A stretch of DNA of 64,000 bases from a virus: IMG/VR virus record IMGVR_UViG_3300009182_000039, positions 24,912 through 88,911 of that record, one strand, 5' to 3'. Below the pieces are notes generated by a model. That model was given only the letters and a program-made list of their open reading frames with translations, did no database searches and was not told the origin of the DNA. Shown piece by piece: positions 9,794 through 18,947 of the stretch. Position numbers and translations under genes: made by a program. How positions within the stretch are numbered: the stretch's first letter is position 1; every line of letters starts with the position of its first letter.

Positions 9794-11335
9794 TTACAAC
9801 AAAGTCAAGTACTTTTGAAAGTGGTTTATATCTAATTGTTTGATATATTCTTCGGTTTCAGAAACGGTCATTCCATCAAATGGACGATTATTGATTACAG
9901 CCGGGAGTAATTGAGCTTTATACTGTTCTGGAAGTAATGATTTAACAAAGGCAAAATTATGTTTACCAATCTTACCTTTTGCTAATTTTAATTTATTATA
10001 CTTTTCATGAATTATGTCAGCATCGCGGGTCGCTTCGATAAAATTGTAAGTATCTGTTTGCCAAATTAAACAATCATCTTGAACTACCGTTCGTATTCTA
10101 TCACTAATAATTTTAAATTCACTAGTATCCATAATTCTATAACCACTTTCAGCATAATGTTCATCTAAATAGCTAATACCAGTAGTTGGCATAATATACA
10201 AAGGCTTAACAAAAAATGAATGTAATGTTTTGTTTTTGTATTGTTCTGCTAACCACGCATCAAGCTCGTGTGCTGTAGCTGGTGTATCATAACGCAAACC
10301 AAGAATAAAACTAGCATTAACAAATACATCATCTTTCCACACTTTGTGAATTTTGTTAAGTGTTTCTTCTATACGTTTTACTCCCAAGCCCTTACCTACT
10401 GCTTTACCGCTACGATCATTAATAGTTTCAAGTCCAAAGGAGCAAGCTTCTAAACCCATGTCTTTTAACTTTTGTGTCATACTAGGAAACTTCCATAGCA
10501 AGTCTAATCGTAAAAAGCCGCCGAATGTAGGTTTAAAAGGTAAGTTGCTAACGGCATCTAATAACATATCTACTTTTTCTTCACTATCGTTAATAGTTTC
10601 GTCGGCAACATAGTAATCAGTTGTGCCCCATTCGTTGTAATTGCGAATTAATTCTTCACGAATGAGATTTTTTTGTTTAGTATAGTCGCCCATCTTCTTA
10701 CCAATAAGGTCATACCCACAAAACTTACATTTAAAAATACAGCCGCGGGCTATTTCAATAGGCAAGCCTTCCCCGTGTTGGATTCCATCCTCGTTAGTAA
10801 AATAGTTAAATGTAGAATTAAAGTCATCAAAGGCATAAGTCTTATCTGTGATAATTCTAGGTTTAGTCACAGTATTAAATGTAATCTTTTCACCTTGTGT
10901 AATATGTTTAAGCAATTTTATAATAGCGGTTTCGCCCTGTCCTTTGACTGCGTAGTCAAAGTAATTAAAGTTTGCTAAAAACGCATCGTTTGCTCCAGTA
11001 ACTTGTGCTCCACCTAAACATAATTTTATGTGCGGAAATAGTTCTTTTAGTTGTGTGAAACGTTCGCGAGTTTTGTCATTTGTAATACCAAAGAACTGAG
11101 AGTCTTCTAAATTTGCTAGTACTGTGGCCCCAAGCCCGACTAATACTGTACTATCAGAGATAAATTGATTAGCCAATTCATAGAATTGTTCGTCGGATAA
11201 CTTTACATATCCGTGTATGACTTTTACAGTATAACCATTTTCTCTCAAATGATTTGCTAGACGGTATACTCCCATACCTTTACCGTGTAGCGGACGATAT
11301 ATATCGGAAAATAAAATAATGTTATAATTTGGCAT
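9794..11335 (-). CDS. Cobalamin-binding-type radical SAM protein, paralog of 6041..7477
   Basis: ARGCIFKCKFC; LGGAQ...GQGE; FGLET. Confidence 0.85.
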   Translation of the reverse strand: MPNYNIILFSDIYRPLHGKGMGVYRLANHLRENGYTVKVIHGYVKLSDEQFYELANQFISDSTVLVGLGATVLANLEDSQFFGITNDKTRERFTQLKELFPHIKLCLGGAQVTGANDAFLANFNYFDYAVKGQGETAIIKLLKHITQGEKITFNTVTKPRIITDKTYAFDDFNSTFNYFTNEDGIQHGEGLPIEIARGCIFKCKFCGYDLIGKKMGDYTKQKNLIREELIRNYNEWGTTDYYVADETINDSEEKVDMLLDAVSNLPFKPTFGGFLRLDLLWKFPSMTQKLKDMGLEACSFGLETINDRSGKAVGKGLGVKRIEETLNKIHKVWKDDVFVNASFILGLRYDTPATAHELDAWLAEQYKNKTLHSFFVKPLYIMPTTGISYLDEHYAESGYRIMDTSEFKIISDRIRTVVQDDCLIWQTDTYNFIEATRDADIIHEKYNKLKLAKGKIGKHNFAFVKSLLPEQYKAQLLPAVINNRPFDGMTVSETEEYIKQLDINHFQKYLTLL

Positions 11336-11339
11336 GATC

Positions 11340-11375
11340 TATTTATTTTAACATAAATTCACACTAATGTAAATA
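11340..11375. promoter_or_regulatory. Divergent late-promoter pair (TAAATA on each strand)
   Basis: TAAATA (-) at 11340-45, 4 nt from the ATG at 11335; TAAATA (+) at 11370-75, 5 nt from the ATG at 11381. Confidence 0.55.
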
Positions 11376-11380
11376 CATTT

Positions 11381-12223
11381 ATGCTATTTGACAACCCTCC
11401 TAAAATACTATCACATATTTCAGCATTAGATTTTGGAAATTTCGTTGCTCCAGAATATATTCTTAATAAAGGCGATACCGATGTAAATTTATTTCACCGG
11501 TATTGTCCCCATCGTATGTATCCACTTGGCGAACCTGGAAAAATTGTAAATGAAATAGTTTGTAAATTTCATGGCTACAAGTGGGCTAAAGATGGAACTG
11601 CTGTCAATAATGATAAAAAATTATCATGCGGTGTTGCTGTAGTTGGTAAATCTGGATTAGTATTTAAAGATTTTGTAGAACCCGATCACTACTGGGTAGA
11701 AGATCTTGCTAAAGAAACTAATTTAGAATTTAGTCATATAGTAGAAGGTAAAAGTTCTGGTAGTTGGCTTTGGATGATGGAAATTCAAGCAGACTTATTA
11801 CATATACGCAAAGGCGATGATGTCGTACACCCTACTCTTGCCAAGGTAACAAACTTAGACAATGTTGGCATGGAGCAAGGCAATGGTTGGATACTCCAAA
11901 CGTGTAGTACCGGATGGTGGTTGTTTATCTATCCCTTTACATTTATTGAATATAGCCCAGGATGTTTATCGGTCAACTATACAATACCTAATGATACAGA
12001 TAATGAGTTTGGCTTTGATTGGATTACACAATTTTTCTACGACCCAGTAACTACAACCGACAAACGACATGACTTTGAAACATTAAGCGATGTATTTAAC
12101 GAAGATGTTAGCACAATCGAATTACAAAAAGGAAAATATTTTCCTTTGATGAAAACCGTTAATCACTTAGAAGATCACTGCATTCATTTCGGACAATGGG
12201 TTACTAAGAACCGATCTGCTTAA
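11381..12223 (+). CDS. Rieske [2Fe-2S] ring-hydroxylating oxygenase-like alpha subunit (compact)
   Basis: CPH...CKFHG Rieske motif; DLLH...H and a late ED as candidate mononuclear Fe ligands. Confidence 0.8.
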   Translation: MLFDNPPKILSHISALDFGNFVAPEYILNKGDTDVNLFHRYCPHRMYPLGEPGKIVNEIVCKFHGYKWAKDGTAVNNDKKLSCGVAVVGKSGLVFKDFVEPDHYWVEDLAKETNLEFSHIVEGKSSGSWLWMMEIQADLLHIRKGDDVVHPTLAKVTNLDNVGMEQGNGWILQTCSTGWWLFIYPFTFIEYSPGCLSVNYTIPNDTDNEFGFDWITQFFYDPVTTTDKRHDFETLSDVFNEDVSTIELQKGKYFPLMKTVNHLEDHCIHFGQWVTKNRSA

Positions 12224-13130
12224 TTAATTCTTCTTGTGAAAAAATATAACTCTTGTCTGAAACTACCCCACGAATATATTTTTTTCCAAATTCTAGCATA
12301 AAGGGCTGTACCAACGATTTGGATTTATCTGGATGTTGCCCTTCGAACCCAACTAGCTTTTGTCGTAAATCTAAAGTGGGCCAATATTCTTGATGTACTT
12401 GACACTTTGTAGACTCATTAGATAGCTTACCAGAAATTTCATCATTTAATAATTGCCGAACAAAAGGCAAGTTAAAATATGATACCAGTAATTCTGGAGA
12501 ATATTCATACCAATCAGTTATACATGGACGATTTATGGTTTTATGATATATAGCCCAGTGATGACATTTCTCGTCTAGTTCAAATACCCAAGGATATTTC
12601 TTACTCATATCACGACTTCTGCGTCTAATGTATGGATTGCCACTTCCTAAAATAGGTAGTCCATCACAGTACTCTGTTAATTTCATATGCGGTAGCCAAC
12701 CAGATTCAGAAGCAAATACTTTTTGTTGTATATCGTATGCTTCATTTTCAAAAAACTTTTGCAAGTTAAAGTCTATAATCTTAGGAGTAACATTTAGATC
12801 CTTACAAGTTTTGAGTGCGTGTGTATATTCTGGAAGATTATAATTATTTTCGTATTTAAAAATGTAAACATTAATCGGGACGCCGAGGTCTTTATAGACT
12901 CGTAAGATAATTTCACTATCTACTCCGCCAGAAAATAATAAATCAAGCGGTCCAGAAAATGTATCTCTGATAATCCTGCCATTTTCAAGTAATTCTTCGT
13001 AGTAACTTTTTACAGGACGATCAATCGTATTTTTGAGTATTATTTTGAATTCTGCCTTGGGGTGTAACTTAGGGCCGTATTCAGGACCATTGTCATATGT
13101 CCACGAAAACCAATTATTTTTATAAAACAT
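12204..13130 (-). CDS. PP-loop ATPase, paralog 2
   Basis: LLFSGGVDS; shares W(Y/F)xY(S/T)PE and K..GFE with 14540..15460. Confidence 0.65.
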   Translation of the reverse strand: MFYKNNWFSWTYDNGPEYGPKLHPKAEFKIILKNTIDRPVKSYYEELLENGRIIRDTFSGPLDLLFSGGVDSEIILRVYKDLGVPINVYIFKYENNYNLPEYTHALKTCKDLNVTPKIIDFNLQKFFENEAYDIQQKVFASESGWLPHMKLTEYCDGLPILGSGNPYIRRRSRDMSKKYPWVFELDEKCHHWAIYHKTINRPCITDWYEYSPELLVSYFNLPFVRQLLNDEISGKLSNESTKCQVHQEYWPTLDLRQKLVGFEGQHPDKSKSLVQPFMLEFGKKYIRGVVSDKSYIFSQEELIKQIGS

Positions 13131-13698
13131 ATTTTTCCATATTCCTATTCCAGCACTCTTCGCCTTGATCTGTTAAATGATGTAGCATTACCCATTGTTT
13201 CATACTATTTGGATCTTCTATATAAGCAGGACCATTTATAGCATACTTGTTAGGTTTCATTGTAAAAATAGTATTACAATTAACTTCAATTAATTTTAAG
13301 TATTCTTCAAAGCCTGTTAAGTTATCTCCCCGACTAATAAACACACAATCTAACCCAATTAGCCTTGCTTTGGCTAACTGCAACGGTAAACAATATGTAG
13401 TATTCAGGAATTTTGACCCACTAGTAAATTTTCCTGAATGTCTGTAGTCTGGATGAATCCACATTCTTGTACTAACTCTACCAATACCAGAGCCCCACCA
13501 TTCGTTATTAATTTGTAACCCACTAAAGCATACAATTACATTGTTGATTATTACTACGGGAAATGAAACGTAATTACGAGGGTCTAGATCGATGTAATTA
13601 TATTTTAAATTATCCGTTGTTGTCATCACATATTGTTGAAATTGGTTCCAAAGTTTGCTATCAAAACTTGTGGCAAAGTCAACTATTTTTGTCATCAT
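13120..13698 (-). CDS. Hypothetical protein, GNAT-fold-like
   Basis: RVSTRMWIHPDYRH resembles GNAT motif A. Confidence 0.45.
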   Translation of the reverse strand: MMTKIVDFATSFDSKLWNQFQQYVMTTTDNLKYNYIDLDPRNYVSFPVVIINNVIVCFSGLQINNEWWGSGIGRVSTRMWIHPDYRHSGKFTSGSKFLNTTYCLPLQLAKARLIGLDCVFISRGDNLTGFEEYLKLIEVNCNTIFTMKPNKYAINGPAYIEDPNSMKQWVMLHHLTDQGEECWNRNMEKYVL

Positions 13699-13702
13699 CT
13701 CA

Positions 13703-13716
13703 TATTTACTTAAATA
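13703..13716. promoter_or_regulatory. Back-to-back late-promoter pair TATTTA-CT-TAAATA
   Basis: Motifs lie 4-5 nt from the ATGs at 13698 (-) and 13722 (+). Confidence 0.6.
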
Positions 13717-13721
13717 GCAGC

Positions 13722-14540
13722 ATGCCTAAAACTAATTCTTTCCTTAACTATATCCTTTATCCTACTCACGCTATTGCTTGGTTGGGTACAATCCTTTATT
13801 TGATATTTTTTGATTTTACTTGGGTCAATTTTTTACAAGTATTAATTGGATGGATTATAATCGAAGGATTGGGCGTTGCTGTTATACTACACAGATATGT
13901 AAGCCACAGAGCCGTTGAATTACGCCCAGGATTAAAACCAATTTTACTTTGGATCAGCTGTTTGAGTTTACAAGGAAGTCCTTTGGGTTGGGCCGCTGTA
14001 CATCGAGGAAGCCATCATAGATATTCTGATACTGAAAAAGATGCTCATGCTCCTAGTAAAGGAAAATGGTATGCTTGGCATAGTTGGTTACATGACTGGG
14101 ACAAATATTTCAATCCTAAATATGCCATCGACTTGATTAAAGATCCAATGCACATGTGGTTTGCTAAAAATTATAATTGGATTATATTAGTTACTTACAC
14201 TATAGTCGGACTAATGTCATGGGAGTTACTATTATTTGGTTTTATGATACCAGCCGCCTTAAGTTTATATATGGAAAGTAATATCAATGTATTCTGTCAT
14301 ACGCCAGGCTATGGTTATAGAAACTTTGATACTAAAGATGATAGTCGTAATGTTCCGCTACTTGCTTGGATTACATGGGGACAGGGTTGGCATAACAATC
14401 ATCATTCTAAAGCAAGCGCCTACGATTTTGGGACTAGTGTTAGCGGTAAGAAATCTGAATGGGATTTTAGTTTAATATTTTTACCATTAATTGCTACTAA
14501 GGAAAGTAGAAAACAAATACTCGATGGACGCAAGGTTTAA
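13722..14540 (+). CDS. Membrane fatty-acid (delta-9-like) desaturase; start moved from 13563 to the ATG at 13722
   Basis: Three His boxes HRYVSH, HRGSHH, HNNHH; hydrophobic segments; the longer start would overlap the divergent gene. Confidence 0.9.
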   Translation: MPKTNSFLNYILYPTHAIAWLGTILYLIFFDFTWVNFLQVLIGWIIIEGLGVAVILHRYVSHRAVELRPGLKPILLWISCLSLQGSPLGWAAVHRGSHHRYSDTEKDAHAPSKGKWYAWHSWLHDWDKYFNPKYAIDLIKDPMHMWFAKNYNWIILVTYTIVGLMSWELLLFGFMIPAALSLYMESNINVFCHTPGYGYRNFDTKDDSRNVPLLAWITWGQGWHNNHHSKASAYDFGTSVSGKKSEWDFSLIFLPLIATKESRKQILDGRKV

Positions 14541-15460
14541 TGAATTTTACCCATCAAAATCATCTAAAGTATTCTATAGGTGGCAGAGAATATGGATATC
14601 GAGAAACTCCTACTGAAAAATTTGAAGTTATTTTAGGCGCTGTAGATCCAGATCAATATAGAACTAGTTCATTTTCAAATGAAATGCACCGTACGGCGGA
14701 TTTAGTACATAAAGATTTAGGAAATGATCTTGTATTGTTTTTATCAGGTGGCACAGATAGTGAACTTGTATTAAGAAGTTTTATACATAACGGGGTTAAA
14801 CCTCAGTGCGCGGTAGTGAGATTTGAAAATGACTATAATGCCTCTGAAGTTGAGGAAGCAAAAAGTGTAGCTGAAGAATTAGATGTAAAATTAGAAATTT
14901 TAGATTTTAATGTAAAAGAATTTTATTATTCGGGCGAAGCTAAAGAATTTGGCGAGAGTGTACAAGGTACGCAAATAACTTATCTAACAATATTTAAAAA
15001 TATCTTAAAATTAGGTGCTCCAGCAGTCATGGGCGGCGAGGCTGGGCTTACAAGACAAGTTAATAAAACTGATAGTTTTTGGTATTATGCCTTTCGCGAA
15101 AACGAAGACGGTGGTGCTATGCGATTTTCTAACAAGTTTAATATCCCGCTAGTCAACGAATGGTTTTCTTATACACCAGAAATGTTGCTATATTATTTAG
15201 AATGCGAGAGTGTTAAAAAGTTAGTAACAGAAAAATTTAATTATAAACTTACCGCGGCCTCAAGTAAAAATAAAATTTTAAAAGAATTGTTTGATAATTT
15301 TAGGCAAAAATTTAAAAGACACGGATTCGAAAAATTAATCGCTTTTAATAGTGTTGCTTATGCTGGCATTGGTATCGATCAAGTTCCTAGATTAGAGTCC
15401 AGTTTAGACGGTATACCCTATGATGTCGCAGTCAAACAATTAAAGGGGCTAGTAGAATGA
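14540..15460 (+). CDS. PP-loop ATPase, paralog 3
   Basis: LFLSGGTDS; TAATG coupling to the desaturase. Confidence 0.65.
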   Translation: MNFTHQNHLKYSIGGREYGYRETPTEKFEVILGAVDPDQYRTSSFSNEMHRTADLVHKDLGNDLVLFLSGGTDSELVLRSFIHNGVKPQCAVVRFENDYNASEVEEAKSVAEELDVKLEILDFNVKEFYYSGEAKEFGESVQGTQITYLTIFKNILKLGAPAVMGGEAGLTRQVNKTDSFWYYAFRENEDGGAMRFSNKFNIPLVNEWFSYTPEMLLYYLECESVKKLVTEKFNYKLTAASSKNKILKELFDNFRQKFKRHGFEKLIAFNSVAYAGIGIDQVPRLESSLDGIPYDVAVKQLKGLVE

Positions 15461-16056
15461 AACTTATAGAATTAAACGAAACGCATAAAGATGCTATCTT
15501 ACATTTGTTTTATACTAAAAACTATATGGGGGCAGATTTTCAAACTTATTTTGGGACCGGTGATCCCAACGATGGCGTTGAAAAAATTTATCATGCTGCT
15601 TTTTCAAATACCTATCTTACAGGATTAAAACAATATAAAGCATTAGGATTACAAGACGAAAATGGCGACATTCAAGGATTAATAGCATTTTATATTAGTT
15701 CAACAGAACCTTGTTGGTATGGTACTATGATTCGATCAGCTAAAAATAAAGATCATGTCAGATTATTATTAGATGCGGCTATAAATTTTCATGAACACGA
15801 GGGACGATATAAGTTTTACACATTGTGGTCAGTCAAACATGCTAAATTATTAAGAAGATTTGCGTTTAGTAACGATGCTAATAATCGATACGATTATTTT
15901 GACGAATGTATAGTCCCAACTAAAACTAGATGTATCTATCAAAATTTTTGGACTATCTTGTTTAATCGTGTATTGTTGCCTACCGATACTGTTGTACGTT
16001 GTACCTATCTTAAAAAGGAACATAGACCGAACACGCCGATTGGAGGTAATTTATGA
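15457..16056 (+). CDS. Hypothetical protein, possible GNAT fold
   Basis: ATGA-coupled ORF; pattern weakly GNAT-like. Confidence 0.4.
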   Translation: MKLIELNETHKDAILHLFYTKNYMGADFQTYFGTGDPNDGVEKIYHAAFSNTYLTGLKQYKALGLQDENGDIQGLIAFYISSTEPCWYGTMIRSAKNKDHVRLLLDAAINFHEHEGRYKFYTLWSVKHAKLLRRFAFSNDANNRYDYFDECIVPTKTRCIYQNFWTILFNRVLLPTDTVVRCTYLKKEHRPNTPIGGNL

Positions 16057-16661
16057 ATTGTTTAGTTAGTTCATTTAAATTATTTCAAGAAGATTTAAAT
16101 AGTTTTATAATAGACACAAATGTCGAATTAGGCGATGATCTACGAAAGTATTTTAAAGATTCTGAAAACAATTACTTATGGAAAATTAGTACGCATAGAC
16201 AAACTGTTACACAGGCATTAAGATTTACCGAATCAATACATTTGAGACATTTAAAAGATTTGCCACCAAAATCAAATACACTACAAGCTAATCAACACAT
16301 GAATGTAGTTCAGTCGAACATCGCTAATTTCCCTATATTTAAAAAATCCATCGAATGGGTTGAATTGGCACTAAAATCTAAAGGGGCAAAAAATGTTGAA
16401 TTTGGTAGAATTTTTGTAAGCAAACTAGCAGCTAATTCTAAAGTTGATCCACACACAGACAGTGGTAAATATTTTTCTTACTACGACCGATTTCATTTTA
16501 CAGTTACTGCCGCAAAAGAAAATATCTTTTCAATCAGAGATGAGAATTGTATTTTAGAAATGGATTCTTTATACTGGGTTAATAATCATGTGCCGCATTG
16601 GCTAGAAAATAGAAGTGACGAAGATAGGATTAACTTTATTATAGATGCAAGATTATCATGA
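16053..16661 (+). CDS. Asp/Asn beta-hydroxylase-like 2OG-Fe(II) oxygenase
   Basis: PHTDSG...RFH...PHWLENRSDEDRINFIID. Confidence 0.8.
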   Translation: MNCLVSSFKLFQEDLNSFIIDTNVELGDDLRKYFKDSENNYLWKISTHRQTVTQALRFTESIHLRHLKDLPPKSNTLQANQHMNVVQSNIANFPIFKKSIEWVELALKSKGAKNVEFGRIFVSKLAANSKVDPHTDSGKYFSYYDRFHFTVTAAKENIFSIRDENCILEMDSLYWVNNHVPHWLENRSDEDRINFIIDARLS

Positions 16662-17539
16662 ATATTACAAACATAAAAAACAACTGGGGTTCAGTAGTTG
16701 AGTTAGATTCGCCCGGCGAATTTTTTAGTTATAGCGCAGATTACTGGCGCAAGTTAGCTTACGAACGCGAAGTAATTTTTTTTAAAAAAGTTAAATTTAC
16801 AAAAGAACAATATTCAGAATTTAGTTTTTATTTTGGATCGCCTTGGAAGGGCGAAGACTATGTTTATTCTAGAGAGATTGTAGAAAAAGTAAAAACTAAA
16901 AACGGCGATCAAGTTATAAGTCCATTTAGTAATACCCTTATTAAGAGAATAGCCCCTAAACACATGCCATGGCATGCTGATATCCCTAACAGAGATTATA
17001 AACCGTATCCATTTAGAAGTTTATGGATTACTGATAATCCTAATCCAGAAAAATCAGGAAAAACTAGTTGGCTTAATTTAGAAGATGCGTATGATTATCT
17101 TACACCTGAAATGTTAGATTTAGTTAATCGGGTGACCGTAGTACAGCAAAGCTGGTATGAGCCGGGGGCCGACATTAAAGAATTTCCTTTGTTAAAAATA
17201 CATCCTATTACTGGTAAAAAATCATTAAGATTAAATCATTACAATTGGGGCAGTAACAAAGTTGCTTGGATTATTGATGTTAAAATTGACGGTGTATCGC
17301 AAGGGCATTGTTTTTTAATTAGACAATGGATTAATTTTTTAGAAAATATTCCTGAGCTAATATATGAACATCAATGGGATCTATATGATATTTCAATTTA
17401 TGATAATTACCCGTTTATACACTCGAGAAGTGCATTGAAACTCGATTCCAATGCCGCAACTAGACATTTTTACAGAATTAACATTGATCATTTAGACGAA
17501 CAAGAGTGGATTGAACACAAAAACAAATATTTTTTATGA
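16658..17539 (+). CDS. TauD/TfdA family 2OG-dependent dioxygenase
   Basis: WHAD, HPITGKKSL, HQWDLYDISIYDN...HSR, R-x-x-x-R. Confidence 0.85.
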   Translation: MNITNIKNNWGSVVELDSPGEFFSYSADYWRKLAYEREVIFFKKVKFTKEQYSEFSFYFGSPWKGEDYVYSREIVEKVKTKNGDQVISPFSNTLIKRIAPKHMPWHADIPNRDYKPYPFRSLWITDNPNPEKSGKTSWLNLEDAYDYLTPEMLDLVNRVTVVQQSWYEPGADIKEFPLLKIHPITGKKSLRLNHYNWGSNKVAWIIDVKIDGVSQGHCFLIRQWINFLENIPELIYEHQWDLYDISIYDNYPFIHSRSALKLDSNAATRHFYRINIDHLDEQEWIEHKNKYFL

Positions 17540-18138
17540 CAACACTAGTTATTCCTAAAAGAAATTACGGCGGTCGCGATGATCAAAAATTTCATCCACT
17601 AATTAGTCCCGACGACGATAACAACGGGTGGACTGTAAGATATCTATGGATCCAACATCGACATAACAACGATGCGTTTTATGAAAATTACTTCGACCCA
17701 ACAAAAAAACAAACTGGCATGAATGTAAGGAAACAAACTGTTGCGTTACAAAAAGACTGGACCGCTCATAATCAAATCTTCCACGATTCACACAAAAACG
17801 GAAATTTAGTATGGCGTCTTAAGGTAGGCAATCCTATTAGTCGTAGTATAGATTATATTGAAATCTGGCGCAATGCTGATATTATAACTCAATATTTTTC
17901 GCCGCAACCTATTACACAAATTAATGAAAATATTAGTTGGCCGAAAGAAGATAGACTTAACTTTAACAAAGAATTATATGATGCTGGGTTTGATATAAGA
18001 TCTTGGGTGCCGTATCGCAATATATCAAAGTTACACGCTATGAAAACTTATAAAAAATTTATAGACCTATATGAAAGCGGTTCTGGTAATATTATTTTTA
18101 ACTCTTGGTGGAAGCGAGAGCTTAATCCTTACCAATAA
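17536..18138 (+). CDS. Hypothetical protein
   Basis: 200-aa ORF, ATGA-coupled to the TauD-like gene. Confidence 0.55.
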   Translation: MTTLVIPKRNYGGRDDQKFHPLISPDDDNNGWTVRYLWIQHRHNNDAFYENYFDPTKKQTGMNVRKQTVALQKDWTAHNQIFHDSHKNGNLVWRLKVGNPISRSIDYIEIWRNADIITQYFSPQPITQINENISWPKEDRLNFNKELYDAGFDIRSWVPYRNISKLHAMKTYKKFIDLYESGSGNIIFNSWWKRELNPYQ

Positions 18139-18886
18139 GTTTTGCTTTTATTTCTGGTTTAAATTTGCCGTCAATTCTAATAGAAAAACTAAAATGATCA
18201 ACTGGGTCAGTGCCGTGATAATCCATTTCATTCCACCATACAAACTTTTTAGTAGGATCAGGATAAACTTTTTCTAGTGTTTCACCGTCCATTACATATA
18301 TACCCTTAGAATTTGGTTTTGTTGAAAGCCATATAAAATCATCGTTGGGTTTTTCAGCTCGTTGTTCATCGTTAGCGACATCATAATGCGGAACTGTTTG
18401 ATTGTTGGCCTCTGTCATAAAAAACATTACACGACCTATACCTTCAAATGGCATTGATTCAATAAGTTTCACTAATGATGGAAATAATGTAGCAGTTGGA
18501 GTCCAAAAACAATCTTCAGGAGTAGCTTTGTTATATACTCCTGTTTTTTCAACTCTTTTATTCCATCTTAAAAATATAACCCAAAACGGGTGCGGGGTAT
18601 GAGTTAATGCGTTAAGGAATTTTATTTTTTCATCTGTTGAATTTAATGAAACAAAAATTTTCAATTGTTCTTCAGTTAATCTATTTTTTAAATCCATGAA
18701 TGTTGTGGTTATTTCTTTTTCCGCCCAATTTTTGTGGACGCCACTAGATACAAATTTTTTATTCCATTCGGCTTTAGCAATACCTAAGGATACTTCGTTG
18801 TGAAGTTTTTCCCAGTCTGGTGCCTCTATATATTCATCTAAATATTTAAAAGGAGTTTGGATCGAATCTAATCCGATTATTGCCAT
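18122..18886 (-). CDS. 2OG-Fe(II) oxygenase-like protein
   Basis: VPHYD...DYHGT...SIRIDG. Confidence 0.65.
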   Translation of the reverse strand: MAIIGLDSIQTPFKYLDEYIEAPDWEKLHNEVSLGIAKAEWNKKFVSSGVHKNWAEKEITTTFMDLKNRLTEEQLKIFVSLNSTDEKIKFLNALTHTPHPFWVIFLRWNKRVEKTGVYNKATPEDCFWTPTATLFPSLVKLIESMPFEGIGRVMFFMTEANNQTVPHYDVANDEQRAEKPNDDFIWLSTKPNSKGIYVMDGETLEKVYPDPTKKFVWWNEMDYHGTDPVDHFSFSIRIDGKFKPEIKAKLIGKD

Positions 18887-18913
18887 CGTGAAGTGCCTTT
18901 ATTTGTACAGTAA

Positions 18914-18931
18914 TATTTATACCTATAAATA
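18914..18931. promoter_or_regulatory. Palindromic divergent late promoters TATTTATA-CC-TATAAATA
   Basis: Two exact TATAAATA motifs in inverted orientation between divergent genes. Confidence 0.75.
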
Positions 18932-18947
18932 TGACAAAGAGAAAAAC

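Noticed and set aside
3310-15460. SGGxDS proteins as QueC, implying a 7-deazaguanine DNA modification pathway with a radical SAM as QueE
   Set aside because: No QueC C-terminal Cys zinc motif; no FolE, QueD or DpdA recognised in the window
13563-18947. Long N-termini given in the track for the desaturase (13563) and radical SAM (18888)
   Set aside because: They run over divergent genes or promoter motifs; the ATGs at 13722 and 18948 fit better
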